Origin: Tricharina praecox
Lineage: Eukaryota
Direction of reading: 5' to 3'
Assembly: GCF_024521635.1 (NCBI RefSeq)
Contig: NW_026250415.1
Coordinates: forward strand, 62,001 to 126,000
Length of the DNA stretch: 64,000 bases
Position numbers and translations under genes: made by a program. The first letter of the stretch is position 1, and each line of letters opens with the position of its first letter. Below, piece by piece: positions 24,201-38,187 of the stretch. Below the pieces are notes generated by a model. It had not been told where the DNA came from, made no database searches, and worked only from the letters and a program-made list of their open reading frames with translations.

Positions 24201-26532
24201 CCAGTGGGTTTACCGTGATCCCTCCGGTGTCATTCAGGGTCCCTTCAGTGGTCTTGAGATGCACGAGTGGTACCGCGCTGGATTCTTTACCCCCGATCTT
24301 GCGGTCAAGAGACAAGAAGATGGTGACTTCGAGCAACTGGGCACTCTTGTCCGGAAGATTGGCAACACTCGGGAGCCGTTTTTGGTTCCTCTGCCAGGCA
24401 ATACTTCTGCTGGTATGTCCACTAATGCTGCTAACTGGTCTGGATCGTGGCTCAACGAGATGCCAGGTGCCCAACAACAGGCCCAGCAACAAGCGCAACA
24501 GGTGCAACAGCAACAGCAAGCCGTTCAGACGCCCGGAGGAGTTCAGCCGCCTTTCGCTGGAAGCTTCCCTACCTTCGGCACCACCTTGACCGCCGAACAG
24601 CAGAATGCGCTTGAAAGACGCAAACAGGAGGAGCAATATCTCATGGCTAAGCAGCGTGAATTCCTTCTCCAGCAACAGATGATGGCCAAACAGGCTGCTG
24701 TTGCTCAGCAGTTGCATCATCAAAGCTCTACTCAGAGTCTCCACAGTCAGCCTAGCTTCGGGAGTCTGCACAGCCCCAGTGGTTTTGCTCCTACTGCAGC
24801 TCCTGCCGTGTCAGCTGCTACCATCATCGGTGGACAGAACAGTTTTGAGCCTGGTGCGCTTCTGAGACAAGCTGGTGCTGCCGCGGGTGGTGTCGGTGGT
24901 CATGGTGTTGATGCTCAACTTGCCTTCGCGCAACAGTTTGTGCAGCCTCATCCGCCTCAGCAGGATCAACAGTCCCTGTTGATGCAGCAGCAGCAACAGC
25001 AACAGCAGAAGTTTGCCGAGCAGCAGCGTCAGCAGCTCCAGAAGAGCTACCAGAACCAGCAGTCTCAGCATGCCGAGAAGCTTCAGCAGGCACAGGAACA
25101 GGCTCAGCAGGTTGCTGCCCAGATTCAACAGTCGCACATGGAGCCTCAAGAGGAGCAGTCAGCCGCTCACGAGCAGCACTCTTCTCCCTCCGTCCATCAA
25201 GAGACTTTCTCCGAGGCCGAGGCTGCTCCTGTTCCTAAGGCGAAGACTCCGGTTCCTGAGCAACTCGCTGTCAAGAGCCAGACCCCCAAGGTGGCTTCGC
25301 AGAAGACCTCGCCTGTTTCCAAGCCAGCTCACCTCGCTTGGGGTGGACAGCATGCGCACCAGCCCACTCCTCTTGTCCAGCCATTCCCGCCGCCACCTGG
25401 CCGGGAACCGTCTCCCACTTCGACGATGGCTCGCAGCCCGTCTGTCGAGACGCCGAGTGCTCCTTCAATCGCGCCCTGGGCTAAAGAGATAGAAACTCCT
25501 CTGAAGGGTCCGTCGCTTAAAGAGATCCAGGAGCTCGAGGCTAAGCAGGCCGCCGTTCGTGAAGCCGCCGAGGCCGAGGCTCGCCGCCACGCCCTCTCTC
25601 AGCAGGTTTTCAGCCAGCCGCCTCCCCCTGCTCCCGGTCTTCCCAGCACCGCTACTTGGGCTACCTCCCCGTCGACTACCCCCGCCAGCGGCGGCATGAG
25701 TGCTTGGAACAAGCCACTCGCCAAGGCCGCCCCGGTCAGCTCTGGACGCAAGACGCTCCAGCAGATCCAAAAGGAGGAGGAGGCTCGCAAGGTCAAGGCT
25801 GCTGCTGCCGCCGCTTCTCAGGCTGCCTTGACTTCTACCGTTGTCGCGGCTGCCACTGGCAAACGCTATGCCGACCTTGCGTCCAAGGCTGCTGTCGCAC
25901 CCGCCCAGAACCCACCCATTAACGCTGCGTGGACTACTGTTGGCCCCGGCGGGAAGTCGAAGAACCTTGGCGGAATTCTCACCCCAACTACCCCAGCTAC
26001 CACTGTCCAGCCGATGAAGTTGAGTACTTCTTCCTTGGGATTTGCGCCACCAGCTGCTGCCAAGAAGCCAACTCCGCCCGCTGCCCCCAGCAAGCCTGTG
26101 GCTACTTCTGCTCAGGAGGAGTTCATGAAGTGGTGCCGTGCCAGCATCAAGGGGCTGGGCGCTGGTGTTTCTCGTAAGTTTTCCTGTTCCCACTGTGTGA
26201 GCACTGCTGATGATAAACCAGCCGACCAAGTCATCGAAATGGTGGTCAACTTTCCCAGCGACGCCGAGATCATCGCCGACACCATTTACGCCGTGTCAAC
26301 GACTATGGACGGCCGCCGCTGGGCCGAGGAGTACATCAAGCGTCGCAACGCGGCTGGCTCCGGCGTCGTCATCGAGGCTGGTGCCGGCGGTAACTCGGCT
26401 GGCTCCGGCGGTGGCTGGAACGAGGTAGCCAAGTCTCGTCCTGCTGCACCTGCCGTGCCCGTTGCTGGTACCGTTCCGGAGAGTTCTGCGTCATTCCGTG
26501 TTGTTGCGGGGAAGAAGAAGGGACGTCGTTAA
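21284..26532 (+). CDS. GYF-domain protein (Smy2/Syh1/GIGYF family)
   Basis: Exons 21284-21438, 21796-22198, 22285-26173, 26222-26532. GYF domain WVYRDPSGVIQGPFSGLEMHEWYRAGFF, Q-rich coiled region, SLKEIQ/TLQQIQKEE motifs and C-terminal EEFMKWC segment typical of the family. Confidence 0.9.
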
Positions 26533-27527
26533 AAGCTGGCTCGAATGGGATGATTGGTTAGGTAGTAGTGCGAATGCGAATGATTGGTTAGCGAAGTGAT
26601 TGTGATTTGTGCGAGTGAGTGTAGACCTGTTTGTTACCTACTTGATACGGGGTGCGATATCTGTCGTTTGTTGCGCGAAGATGAGTGTCATGTAGAGGGG
26701 GTGTTGTAGAGAGCTTTCTCGCCGGGCTGTGGCGGATTTATGCATGCAAATCAAGTCATTTACAAACGTTAACACCGTAGATCGCCCACTTTTCGTATTC
26801 TACAAGGTCCCTTCTATGGGTTAGAGCATTGACTGGCACTCGTCCTTCAGCCGGGATTCCTCGCCCTTGGGGATTTGTCCCTCTCTCCTGTCGGCAGTCC
26901 GGGTAACTGGTGCGATGCAGCGCCCACTTCGAAGATCCTCCGCCCGAGCACAAGATGGTTACATGGCGCTCCGAAAAAGTACACGATATGTAGTGATGGA
27001 ATATTCCGGGCCATGTGTTTTGTGTTTCATGTTTCATGTTTCATCGTTGATTACACGCAGTCTATCCGGATTCCGGACGTCGACAAAGTGAGACTTGAGA
27101 AGCGCTCTTGAGCACGCTTCCAGAATCCAGATACTGGCGGCAGTCCCGATAGGTAACACAGTAACACTTGCCTCTCGAGTCTCCAGCCTCTCCACCCACC
27201 CAGCCACGCAACAGTACCGTATTTTTTCTCCGCAACGCTCTACCTACTGACATTACGCGCTCACTCTCGGGGGCACATGTGCACACCGTAGAGTACAGCG
27301 CACACCGTAAGTTTCAGCGTAAATTTCAGTGTTCAGCGTTCACCGTTCAGCCACACGGGGCAGCATCGAGTGCGGCGAAGTGATGCGGCGAGGCTGTGGG
27401 CCTGTGGCGCGTCCGTAGGTGGTTACCACCCCTGGGATCTGGCTGCGCTGAGAGTAAGGCGCAAGCCGGCTTTGGTATTTTGGGTAGCGGAGGTGGTACT
27501 CTGAAAATGTAGGTATGTAGAGAATTT

Positions 27528-27669
27528 CAGGGCTGGCACTTGGAACTCGGAAGTTAGAAGTTGGGCCGAACTTGAGCCTTGAGTCTTGCACTGTGTGTGT
27601 TTGGAACTGATTAATGAAGTTGAATGAATCGGGTTTCCGAAGAGCAATGTTCCAAGTTGTAATACACTG
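27528..27669 (+). mobile_element. Short dispersed repeat / putative hAT-like MITE relic, copy 2
   Basis: Imperfect terminal inverted repeats CAGGGCTGGCACTTGGAAC / GTTCCAAGTTGTAATACACTG; homologous to 2233-2373. Confidence 0.6.
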
Positions 27670-28655
27670 GGTAAGTATTCGGCCAATACCACGACACCAC
27701 GACACCGATACCGACAGGGTGCATGGATAATCACTCGGAACCATCCGTCACGGGGGCGGCGAGTGCAGCCTGCAGCCTGCGAGAGGAGTGTGCTACGTAC
27801 CAGCCTGCTGCATCGGGCCACTCGATGAAGTTCGGGTTGGACAGTCCGTGGAACGGAGAGAGTGTATATCACCACAATCTATCTATCTCGTATGTAATCT
27901 ATGATCAAACAAAACAAAAACAAAAAAAAGGACCAGAGTATTCCGCTTCCACTTCATGTTGGAGATAGTACGGACCACACACCAGCCCTGACAGACTGCG
28001 GGGTGTGTGGACCGTGGCGTACCGTGCGGTGGTGTCCTCCGACCAACGACTGACGAGTTACGAATCACAAGATGTCGCTCGGAGCGATGATCACTAATTC
28101 TCACCCGATATGTCACACATATCACCTGATGAATCACATCGTATCACGCGATGTATCATCATATATCACCTGGCATAACTATCACGATATATCACGCGGC
28201 AAACTCGGGGCGGCAGTCCGACGATTAGTGATCGCTGTGAATGCATAGTACATACTGCCAAGGTGGTTGTACATAGTGATTGCAGTGATTGTGAAAGCGG
28301 GAGTTTATCTTCGAGACTCCCGACTCCGGAGTGTGTGTATATACCGCCATAGTGACAGGGTCCGATAGGCAGCGTGCGTGCGTGCGATCGATGAGCATGC
28401 AGACTCCCGAGTCCAGCGGCAAGACATTCGGCTGAATGTGGCAAATTCCAGCAATGTGCGACCGTCGACGTGCCGGTGCTACTACCTACATACATACTAT
28501 AGATAGATACCTAGATAGATAGGTAGGACCTAGGTAGGTAATCAACCGAGACCTATCATCCGGGACGCACCTGGCACCTGCGGGATCGGGCTGGAGAAGC
28601 GAGCTGCGAGTGAGGGGCGCCGTCGATGGTCGCGCAGCCACAGCGCCTCGTAACC

Positions 28656-28906
28656 CAGTGTTTGGCATAGGTAGTCCGGCCCGGACTGCAGTCTGGACTG
28701 GACGGACTGCCAAACTCTGGTCTAGTCTGGCCCCTTGGACGGACTGTGTAAAAGTAGTCCGTCCAGTCCATGGATTTCCTCGACTGGACGCGGACTGCAG
28801 TCGACTGCAGTCCGTCCTGCCCTCGATTTTTTTGGCCTGCTAAGATACAATCTACCTAGTCGAGTCCGAGATTCAGGACGGACGGACTGGACTATGTCGA
28901 ACACTG
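28656..28906. mobile_element. Putative hAT-type MITE (~250 bp)
   Basis: TIRs CAGTGTTTGGCATAG / CTATGTCGAACACTG (13/15), many internal GGAC/GTCC repeats and a perfect 24-bp palindrome at 28791-28814. No intact TSD. Confidence 0.65.
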
Positions 28907-29602
28907 GTCCCGTCGGGACCTCGTCAGGAGCGGTATGGCCTGGCCTGGACTGGGCTAGACTCGACTCGGCGGGGGACTTTTATTGCTGTCACTGCTGTCA
29001 CTGCTATGAGCGATGAGGAGGACAAGGCCGGGGGTGCGGTAAGTCGAAGCTCTAGGTTTGCGGAACAACGGTATATATATTGATTCTTCCCCGGGAGCAC
29101 GGAGTCACGACTCACGGACACCGGCAGGTGCCAGGAAGTGTGCCGTGGCACGACAGATCACGACTGACCATGGTCGAGTACCTACGGGGTGTGGAACCAG
29201 AAAAACAAAAGTGGTCTTCGCTTTCGTCAGCCTGGAGTTCGCTGATTGGACGTTCCAGTGTTCTACTCTGCAGTCTCCGCTCGGCGCCCCCAGTGCGACC
29301 GCCGATTCAATACTCTATCGCCTCTATGTACTACTCTATACCACTACTAAGTATGAATGTGCTGTCTACGCATGCTCGAATCACGATCGCGTGCAACTGC
29401 ATGCTTATCCCCATACATATCCCCACATCCATTATCCATTATCATCACCCATTATCCCATCTCCATATCGAAGCACGTGTATGGGGAATACACTTCCGCT
29501 GTTCGCGTGACCGAACCAGCAATGACAATGCATGTAGCAGAAAAACAATATTATGTAGTAGAAAACAAACCGAGTGACAATTTGCGCCTCGACCTTTCGA
29601 CC

Positions 29603-29660
29603 TCAACCTCTCAACCTCTCAACCTCTCAACCTCTCAACCTCTCAACCTCTCAACCTCTC
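29603..29660. repeat. (TCAACCTC)n octamer microsatellite
   Basis: About seven tandem copies. Confidence 0.9.
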
Positions 29661-30282
29661 GAGCGTTCGATTTTGTTCACGGGATTACTAAAGTCTAATA
29701 CAGTACTACTAAAAGACTTTAGACACGACGGGCCAGCCAGGGATGAGACATGGTGTGTTTCTGTTCCGGCCGGTGGTCTCGGCCAGTGGAGATCTTTCCC
29801 CGTCCACGAGCCGCCCCCGTCACGGCTGGCTGCACGATAGAGCACGATGGAGCATGATGGAGCACGATGGAGCACGCGAGCTGGAGATCTGGAGTCTGAA
29901 GCGGGTAGTGGAGGGGATGAGCGGTGACTCGTGAGGGCAGAGATGCCAGATGGACCGGTGTAGAGGTTCGAATACGATTGTGGGATACCTGGGTAGAGCA
30001 TTGTGTTAGTAGCGGGATCGGCTTCGAAGGAACGAGAAGTGTGAGAATTAGGAGCATGAGGATCGAGAGCGAAAAGTGAGGACAAAGGGATGGCACATGG
30101 GGAGAGAAAGACAGACAGACAGGAGGAAGAGCTCACACAAGAGACACACCGAAAAAGAAGAGAAGAAAAGAAGAAAAGAAAAAGAAAGGAAACAAGAGAG
30201 AGTCGAGACTCGAGACTCGAGAGCTTGAGCTCCCCCTTATTCCGTCTGCAGCAGAGCGGGCACTCACCGTCTTACATACCTA

Positions 30283-31792
30283 CCATATTGAGCCGTGTAC
30301 TAAAGTCAAAAGCATTATGGCAGCCACATATGAGGGCGATTTTGACACTAGAGTTTTTGGGGAAAAATACTAATATTAGTATTTTTTCCCCAAAACTCTT
30401 GTCGTAAAATAAGGCTTAGTCAGGGTTTTCAAATTCCAGCTCTGATTGTTAAACATGGCTCCTTCAATCCTGAGTGCAGTGAAAATCAGTCCCGACTCGT
30501 AAGCCTTCTGCAACCACTACGGGCCCGCCCACCTTGGAAGTTCATAAGAGTTCTATATGGGCTCTGTAGGGAATCTTGAAAAATAAGGATTAGTAAGGCT
30601 TATACGCTCATAAAGATTCCTGAATCCTAAGCAGCACATAATGACTTCTTATGCGACAAGCCTTATCTCATACAATGCTTATTACTTGTTGATGCTCTTC
30701 TTCCGTAACCTTATATACCTAAAGTTTAAACTACTCTCCTTCCCCGCTTCCCAGTCCCTCGTCACCATCCCCATACCGACTCCCGCTCGCCATAGTACTG
30801 TGTCCCCCTACTGCTCCTCGTTGTGGAAAACTTGCGGGCATCGAGGGAGTAAGCGGAGGAAGTGATGCAGGAGCTAGGTATCAGCGAGACGACGAAGTGA
30901 TGGAGGACCTATCTGGGACTGGATGGACGATTCCCAGGCCTGGTGATGGGGGAGCTGTTAGCGAGAGGATGAGCTGTCAGCGAGGCGATGAAGTGATGGA
31001 GGACTGTGGAAGACATGTCAGCGAGAGGGGAAAGTGATGGGGAGCTGTGGCGAGAGAAGGAGCTATTAGAAAGATGAAGAGGAGTTGTTAGAAAGATGAA
31101 GAGGACGGCCGTGGGTTCGCGAGTTTAAAACTGCAAAATAAGCTTCATCATATCTGTCTTCAGAAAACTCTGCGCCTAACAATATGTTGGGACATATCTG
31201 GCGGGGTTAATACTGTCGGAGCTGCCTCTCTCTCTCTCTCTCATCATCATCTACAGAGTACCTAGACGGTAAATCTCCCATCCCCGCTCTCTCCTCTCGA
31301 CCCGCCGCCGCTGATGTCAAGCTGGCTGATTTTCGCATATGCTCTACTAACTCATAAGAGTGATGGAACCCATAGGTCTGGATAAGGCTCATTGAAGGCT
31401 TCTATGATGCATGTGAAGAGATTGAGCGTGTGGTGCTCTAAGGATTTTCTGTCTCGAACTGATATATCCCATAATTCTTCACAAAACCTACCACGTTCAC
31501 AGTTATTATTGTACGACAGTGGTGTGCATTTCAACAATGACGATATAGGACTGACTAAAGCTATGAAGCTTAAAAAGTGAGAAGGCCGATTTATGCGATG
31601 GTGGTTTTCGCTGCATAGGCATTATGTAGGAGTTACGACAATTTTAGGGAAATGAGAACATCAGCCTTAGTTTAACACAGCCCTTACTGAGGCCTCACGA
31701 GCTCAACGCGTTTATAGCTGGCTTATACGAGGACTGTTTGCCTATTCAAGCCCTACATAAGGCTAACGACATTAGTACACGGCTCAATATGG
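30283..31792. mobile_element. Non-autonomous DNA transposon, Tc1/mariner-pogo-like, 1510 bp
   Basis: 25-bp TIRs CCATATTGAGCCGTGTACTAAAGTC / GACATTAGTACACGGCTCAATATGG (24/25), TA on both sides (30281-82, 31793-94), more AT-rich than the flanks, no long ORF. Confidence 0.85.
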
Positions 31793-34163
31793 TATGTATA
31801 TACTTGGATAGGTATTGCCTCCGAGTTCCAACCCTCGTCGAAAGAACTACCCCAAAGCACCTGTCGAGGTGCAATTTGCAGGCTGCTAACCTCGAAGGAT
31901 GACTGCGCGAGCTCTACGGTCACGACTCACGAATCGGAACGGAAAGCCTGCACGTGTCTACTCTGATAGGCACGTCGTTGGCCGAGCAGGCGAGCAGTGA
32001 GGACTGTAGGACGAACCATCCAGCCAGCCAACACGAAAACCACAATCCAACCTCCCGAACCCCTGCAAGTTGCAGCGAACGAAGTCGGAAGGATCCAGAT
32101 GAGAGGGAAATATATACTGTATATGCCTGATATTTCTGATATTTCCTGTTGTCGTGGGGGTCCTGGAGGCCTTCCTACTTGTGTGCATATGTGGATACAT
32201 ACCCGGAATTGGAATTGGATTGATCGCACACACTCACATTCCCGCTCCTACTCCCGCTCCCACGGATTCGGATTTGGATTCTGCAACATGCAGCTGTGCT
32301 GTACTGTTGTATAGCTGCTCTATAGCTACTCTATGTGGGTGTGCGCAGGAGGGCAGGAGAGCACGAGGGCAGGAACCAGGATGAGATGGGATGTAACCTC
32401 AGACCGGCGCGGTCGATGGTTGGTCGTTCGTCACTGGTCAACCGTCACTGGTCAATGGTCCATGGTCAATGGTCGCTGGTCGTTCGGTGGTCGTTGACCG
32501 TTGTTCAATTGCCGTTCGTCTGATCGCTGTTCGGTAGTCAATGGCCAATGGTCGCTGGTCGGTAGTCGTTACCAGTCGTCGGCCGTTAATCATTCGTCGT
32601 TGGTTCGATCAACCGAGTTCACTCCACTCCACTCCACTCCACTCCACCGCCCGACCAAGTCTCCCTTACCCCCGTTCCCCGGGAAATTATCGTGAGATAT
32701 GTGTATGCCGCATCCGTACCGTGCAGATTTTCATTTTCACGGCGGTGGCTCCTTCGCTGACTTGCCGCGGCGCCCACTCCGTCCACCCCGCTCCGTTGGT
32801 ATTCGAGCGTGGGTGGTCGAGCGGAGTAAGATTGAAGGGAAGAGGAAAAAGGAAACACGATGATCGTATGTATGTACGAACAGAAGGGTTCGCTGGGTAC
32901 TCGTGTGATGGGGTGCGCTGCAGCTATGTACTATATTGGCATGGCCGTATGGGCTCGTTGATCTTTTCTCGTTTCTCTCGTTTCTTTCTTCTCGAGCAAC
33001 TCCAGTCCAGTCCAGGCAGGCGGGGTTTCCTCCATCTCCTAACCCGTATAGTAAATTGTATCGTAAATACCTTCCTTCCAGTGAGATGCAAACAACGGTC
33101 GGAAGCAAAATGTGATGGTCGGTATAATAGTACGGTATGTACATGCAACGATCCATCATCCATCCACGTGCAGCCAACCCTCCAACCAGCCAGCCATGGT
33201 TCGGAAAGTTTCGGCAGCGTAGAGTAGAGTACCGTACTATGCGTACATACATGACAACGAGACCAGACGAGTATGCTCCGGGCGGTGCTGCTGGTGGTGG
33301 TGTGTTCATCTGCCTCCCTTCCGTTCCCTTCCCTTGGCTTCCCTCCCTTCCATGCCGCAACTGCACTGCACAGAGTGCATAGATCGTCCAAACCTTGGGC
33401 TTGGGTTCCGACCCGGTCCACCATGGGCCATGGGACATGGCCGTTCAATCTTGTTTCTTCGTCGATGGTTCATGGTTATGTATCGAGCGGAGCGGCAGCA
33501 TCACCGAGCGAGCCCCCACCAATTCACGATTTTACGAATTCACGAGGCTCGCCGTGGTAACTTGCAAGGCGACGAGTTGGTGGGCTGCGGGTAACTATAT
33601 ACTCGGAATACTTCCGCCGCGATTCAAAGACCTCCAGTCACGCATGTTGCACGCATATCGGTGGAGGAGGAAGTCGAGTCTCAGCGTCTCTCCCGGGAGT
33701 AATAAGTATATCACGTATCACGTGTGTCTTCTACATACCATACTCGACGGGGGCCACTCCGTCGGCATAGCCCAGCCTCTCTTGCAAGTTGCAAGTAAAA
33801 ACCAACATCGTCGCATCTCGATTCGTCTGCTGGGTTCCTGGGGGACGTAATTTTTTTTCTATTTCGCGTGGCCACCGGTGACCGGCATGCCTGGTTTCCT
33901 CGCTCTTACTGGCATGCTCGAGTTGTGGGTGCAAATGGGGTGGGTGACAGCGTATGAAGCTTCATTGTCGTCGGCACGACCAATCAGCGCGCGAGCGTGG
34001 TCAACGTGCGAGAGCTAGCCTATCACATCACGGGCGCGGACGGGTGTGCGGGGGGTGGTGGGGTGGCGGCCAATCCCATTGGCCATGATCCATCCCCCAC
34101 CTCTCCCCACCCCCCCCTTCCTTATGTATGTATGCCCACAAGCGAAGGGCAAGGGAGGGATAA

Positions 34164-34218
34164 GACAGGACAGGACAGGACAGGACAGGACAGGACAGGA
34201 CAGGACAGGACAGGACAG
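34164..34218. repeat. (GACAG)n pentamer microsatellite
   Basis: About eleven tandem copies. Confidence 0.9.
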
Positions 34219-37200
34219 GGCAGCGCAGCGCAGGGTAGGGGTTTCAACTTTCCGTGCATGGCGGGCTTGGAACACGGTGAGACAACTCTCTCCTCGCTGT
34301 GCGGTACGTTGCTCTCGCTCCGGCGAGACCAGACCAGACAAACACTCCACTCCACTCCACGGTGGTTACACATCATAGATATATGATATGATTGATATGT
34401 ATGGGCACATATGGCCACACACGTGCGCGTCGATCCGCCATTCGGGAAAGCCTTCTCTAGAGACTCCGCACCAAAAGACAACCCGCATGCACGGAATACC
34501 GGTAGCATGTGTGGTATGTATGGTACTTGTGTGTACTTGTCGTGTGTACTTATCGTGTGTGTATCGGCTAGGTAGGTACTCCAGAGTAACTATTCCCGGC
34601 GGAAGCATCTCGGAGATGGACATGGACACCAGCGGATCTCGAAGCTCTCGAAGCACTCCAAGTACCCGGACGCTGTTACTCTGCAGGGACAGCCGTCGCG
34701 AGAAGTTACGTAGAACCTCCGCGACAAACATCGTGGCTCCGGTCCGGCGACGGATGGATGGTTGGTCTGCTGCGGATGCAAGTAGTTACTTGCGTAGTGG
34801 TATGTAACTTGGGTAAGTAATGGCGCCAAAGTACCTAGGTAAGGACCTAGGCAAGCAGGTACTCGACAGCACCTAGGCAAGTATCTACACTACACATGTA
34901 CCTACTACCTAAGTACCTCCCTAGCCACGCTTTTTCTCCGTACCTGACGCCACGCCAGATCCGTCTCTGAGACGCGAGATGCGAGGGCGAGGTCGGAGGG
35001 GGGAAGAGAACCAGAGGGAGAGCTGAAGCTCGTCTCAGGCTCTCGTCTCAGGCTCTCAGCTTGGGATCATGTCTCGCACCGCAAGTCCGCAGAACACCGG
35101 TAGGTAGTACTAAACATGCATACAGACATACCTACCCGATGAAAGCGAGGCAGGCGCCGATCGAAAGCCTCGGAGATTTCCGCATGACGTTCGTTCGTGC
35201 TTGCTTTGGGTACGGTATGCATCCATCGTTATTGCAGTTGGCTGGTAGTGGGTATTCCGTTAGCCCATCCACACAGACGGTTGCGATTTACGATTTCGAT
35301 ATCCCACGCTTCCTATGTACCAAAGATACCCACCTACATGCTCGACGTGCGAGTCGCATTCCGACTCGACGATGGATGGGATTTGATACGATACTGACCC
35401 CGACGGGAAGCGAAGCGCGTGAGGTGGTGGCACGCTCTGCGCCGTCACTGACAAACAGAAACACCCGTCCATGACTGATGGCACGTTTGGAGAGAGGCTG
35501 ATAGGTATCCAGGGGCGTGGGAGTGCATGTTGTCGCATCGACGAAATATTTCAGCGGGTGGGCAGGTTCCAGTTGCAGGTTGCATGTTGGCGGGTGGCAG
35601 GTGCAGCCATGTACCGAGCAGCCAGAACTCGGGATGGGTTGTGTTCAGCTGGCTGGTGATAGTAACCGTCCGTGGGATCGGTCTGCTCAGTCAGTCAGGG
35701 AGGGAAGCGGGTAGGATATCCCATTGGCGGAGTCCGAATATCATAGGTATCATACCTCTATCATACATACGGTAGAGTACGGTACAGTCACCACATAGCA
35801 CTAGCAAGGAGAAATATGTAGTGGGCGCGCTAGAAAAGCAAAAGCGCAATCCCCCTCCCCGGCCTTCTTCTTCTTTGTCTTCTTCTTCGTCGTCGACGGC
35901 CGACCGACTGACGTTGGAGCCGGCCAATGAGAGGCCGGGATGTGCCCATGTGCGCACGAGCTTGTTCTGTTCCCCCCAACCACCTCTCCTCGCGCAGAGG
36001 CGGCGGCAACAGCAGCAACAGCCCCAGCTTCGCTGCGGAAAAACCGTCCCCGCACTAGATGCAGACAGAGCATACATTTCGACGCCGCTACGACAAGAGC
36101 ACTCTAGAGCACTCTCCCTCCACTCTTACCTTACCACGCATGGCGACCGACAGATACACGATGCTGTTTCCTTGTTTGCCTCACCCATCCATCCCCCCAC
36201 GCGAAAGTACCGGCTAGCTGGTTACCTTGGTTCGTGCGTCTTCAAGTTTCCTTCCTTCTGTCTGCGCCAAGACGGATATCCGAGGAGAGAAGGAAGAGAA
36301 CTGGAGAGGTTCGTTTGACGGATACCGATATCTACCTATCCGAGGGGCGAGATGGAAGAGATATGTAGAAGAGAGAGCTCTGGACTCTGGACTCTGGACT
36401 CTGGACTCTGGAGAAGTTCGTTCGTTTGACGGATACCGGTACCTATCCGGGGGAGATCTCTGGCGAGGTCGGTCTACAACGACGGATCTTTTCGTCGCCA
36501 CAGCTAGTAAGTAGTAGAATACACACCACTATGGCACCTATACGGTGGCATAGGACGGGCTGCTAACGCGCCAGACCCGAAGAACGAAGGAGAAAAGAAG
36601 GAAAGAAGAAGAAAAGACCTAACACACACAGACGGTGGATCCACGCTTGGCGAGAGATCATCCAACGGATGAGCAGGAACATGCTCGTGGGCAGCTAATG
36701 GAATCGGCGGTGCACGCGCCATCCGCAGGTTTGTATGGTATGTTTGTATGTATGGGTATGCATGCAGATAGGTAGCATAGGTAGCATAGGAGTAGCAGTT
36801 CCCGGAGTCTGGAGAGCAAGCCAGCTGGTTTGAGTCCGGTACTGTGGCCGTGTTACCTAACTCGGTACTTACTACTACCTATCATAGGTACATAGAGCAG
36901 ATACAAACTCTGTTTCCAGCCCGCCCGCGTGCGCGTTTCGCCCCAGTACATACATACCCATAGTACTATGGGTACACACGGCGGCGAGCATGGATAGAAT
37001 CGATAGCATCCATCAGACGACGTATTGTAGCAGTTGGCAGCTGAAACCGAAAAATTTCAACTCCAGATGGGCAAGCCGATCCCCGCCGATACCTACATCT
37101 TACATAGCGGCTTCCACCGAAAGAGTAATAAAAAATCAAAAAAAAACCTCGTGGGCTCCCCCCCCCAGCGAAGAAGTGAAGCCACAGCATGCACGTTTTT

Positions 37201-38187
37201 CGCAACCGACCAATCAAGTGGACGGACGGGATTGCCCGTTTAGTTGCTATATCTAGTGGGGAACTTGGGGTGCTGACTACTCTGGTACGCTATTGTAGCC
37301 TCTCGTACTCCTTCCATTTTCCTTCCCGACATGGCGACCATGCTGAGCTAACCGGCGATCACCGAACCAACTGGCAACATGGACATTGGAGTACCGTAGC
37401 ATAGGTACCGTACATATCGTACCGTAGAATGAAGGACGATGGACTATGGCAACGTGACGGAGGAGTGTCGCGGATTGTCGCAGATTGTCGCTCTGGGCTG
37501 GGCGGGCGGGCGGCGATACATCCATCATGCCTCGTGTACTCCAAGGAAACGAAGGAAGAGATTCGAGAGCTGTGCTTGGAAATCGAAGATTCGAAGGCTG
37601 ATGCTTTGTCGTCGTCATTTCTTGCCGCTCATGGTCGGATAGGTACTCTACCATACCTATCGATGGGTGTTGGGTCTATATACTACGAGTACGTACATCC
37701 CCACCCCGGGGTAGTGTAGTGTCGCCATTGACGCCTGTTTCGTTTCGTCGCGGGCTGCTACTGCCAGTGCCAGTGCCCGTAGCAGATCCACGACAATTAT
37801 TTAGAGTAAATCAGTCCGATGTGTATCGTGATTCTTATTTGCCGAGACGCAGGGTTCCGGTGGTTGGTTGGGCAGCAGTCAGATGTGTCTCCAGATAGAG
37901 CACCTTTGGTACCATGCCGTGATAGAGTGGCTACCCTCCACTCCCACCAGCCCTCCAGCCCTCCAGCATGATATGGATGCGATGTTGATTTTTTGTCTCT
38001 CTCGGATCTAGATCAGGCAGATTCGGGGTTCCCTGCTCCTGCCTGCTAGTCACTTCAAACTCGATTGCTCCTTCCTTCGTTCCCCCCCACACACACACCC
38101 ACGGGTGAAGCTAGTTAAGCTTGCAAGTATCACAAGTACTCTGGGATGTATGTAGACACACTCTATTTTCTTTTTTCGCCGCCAGCT

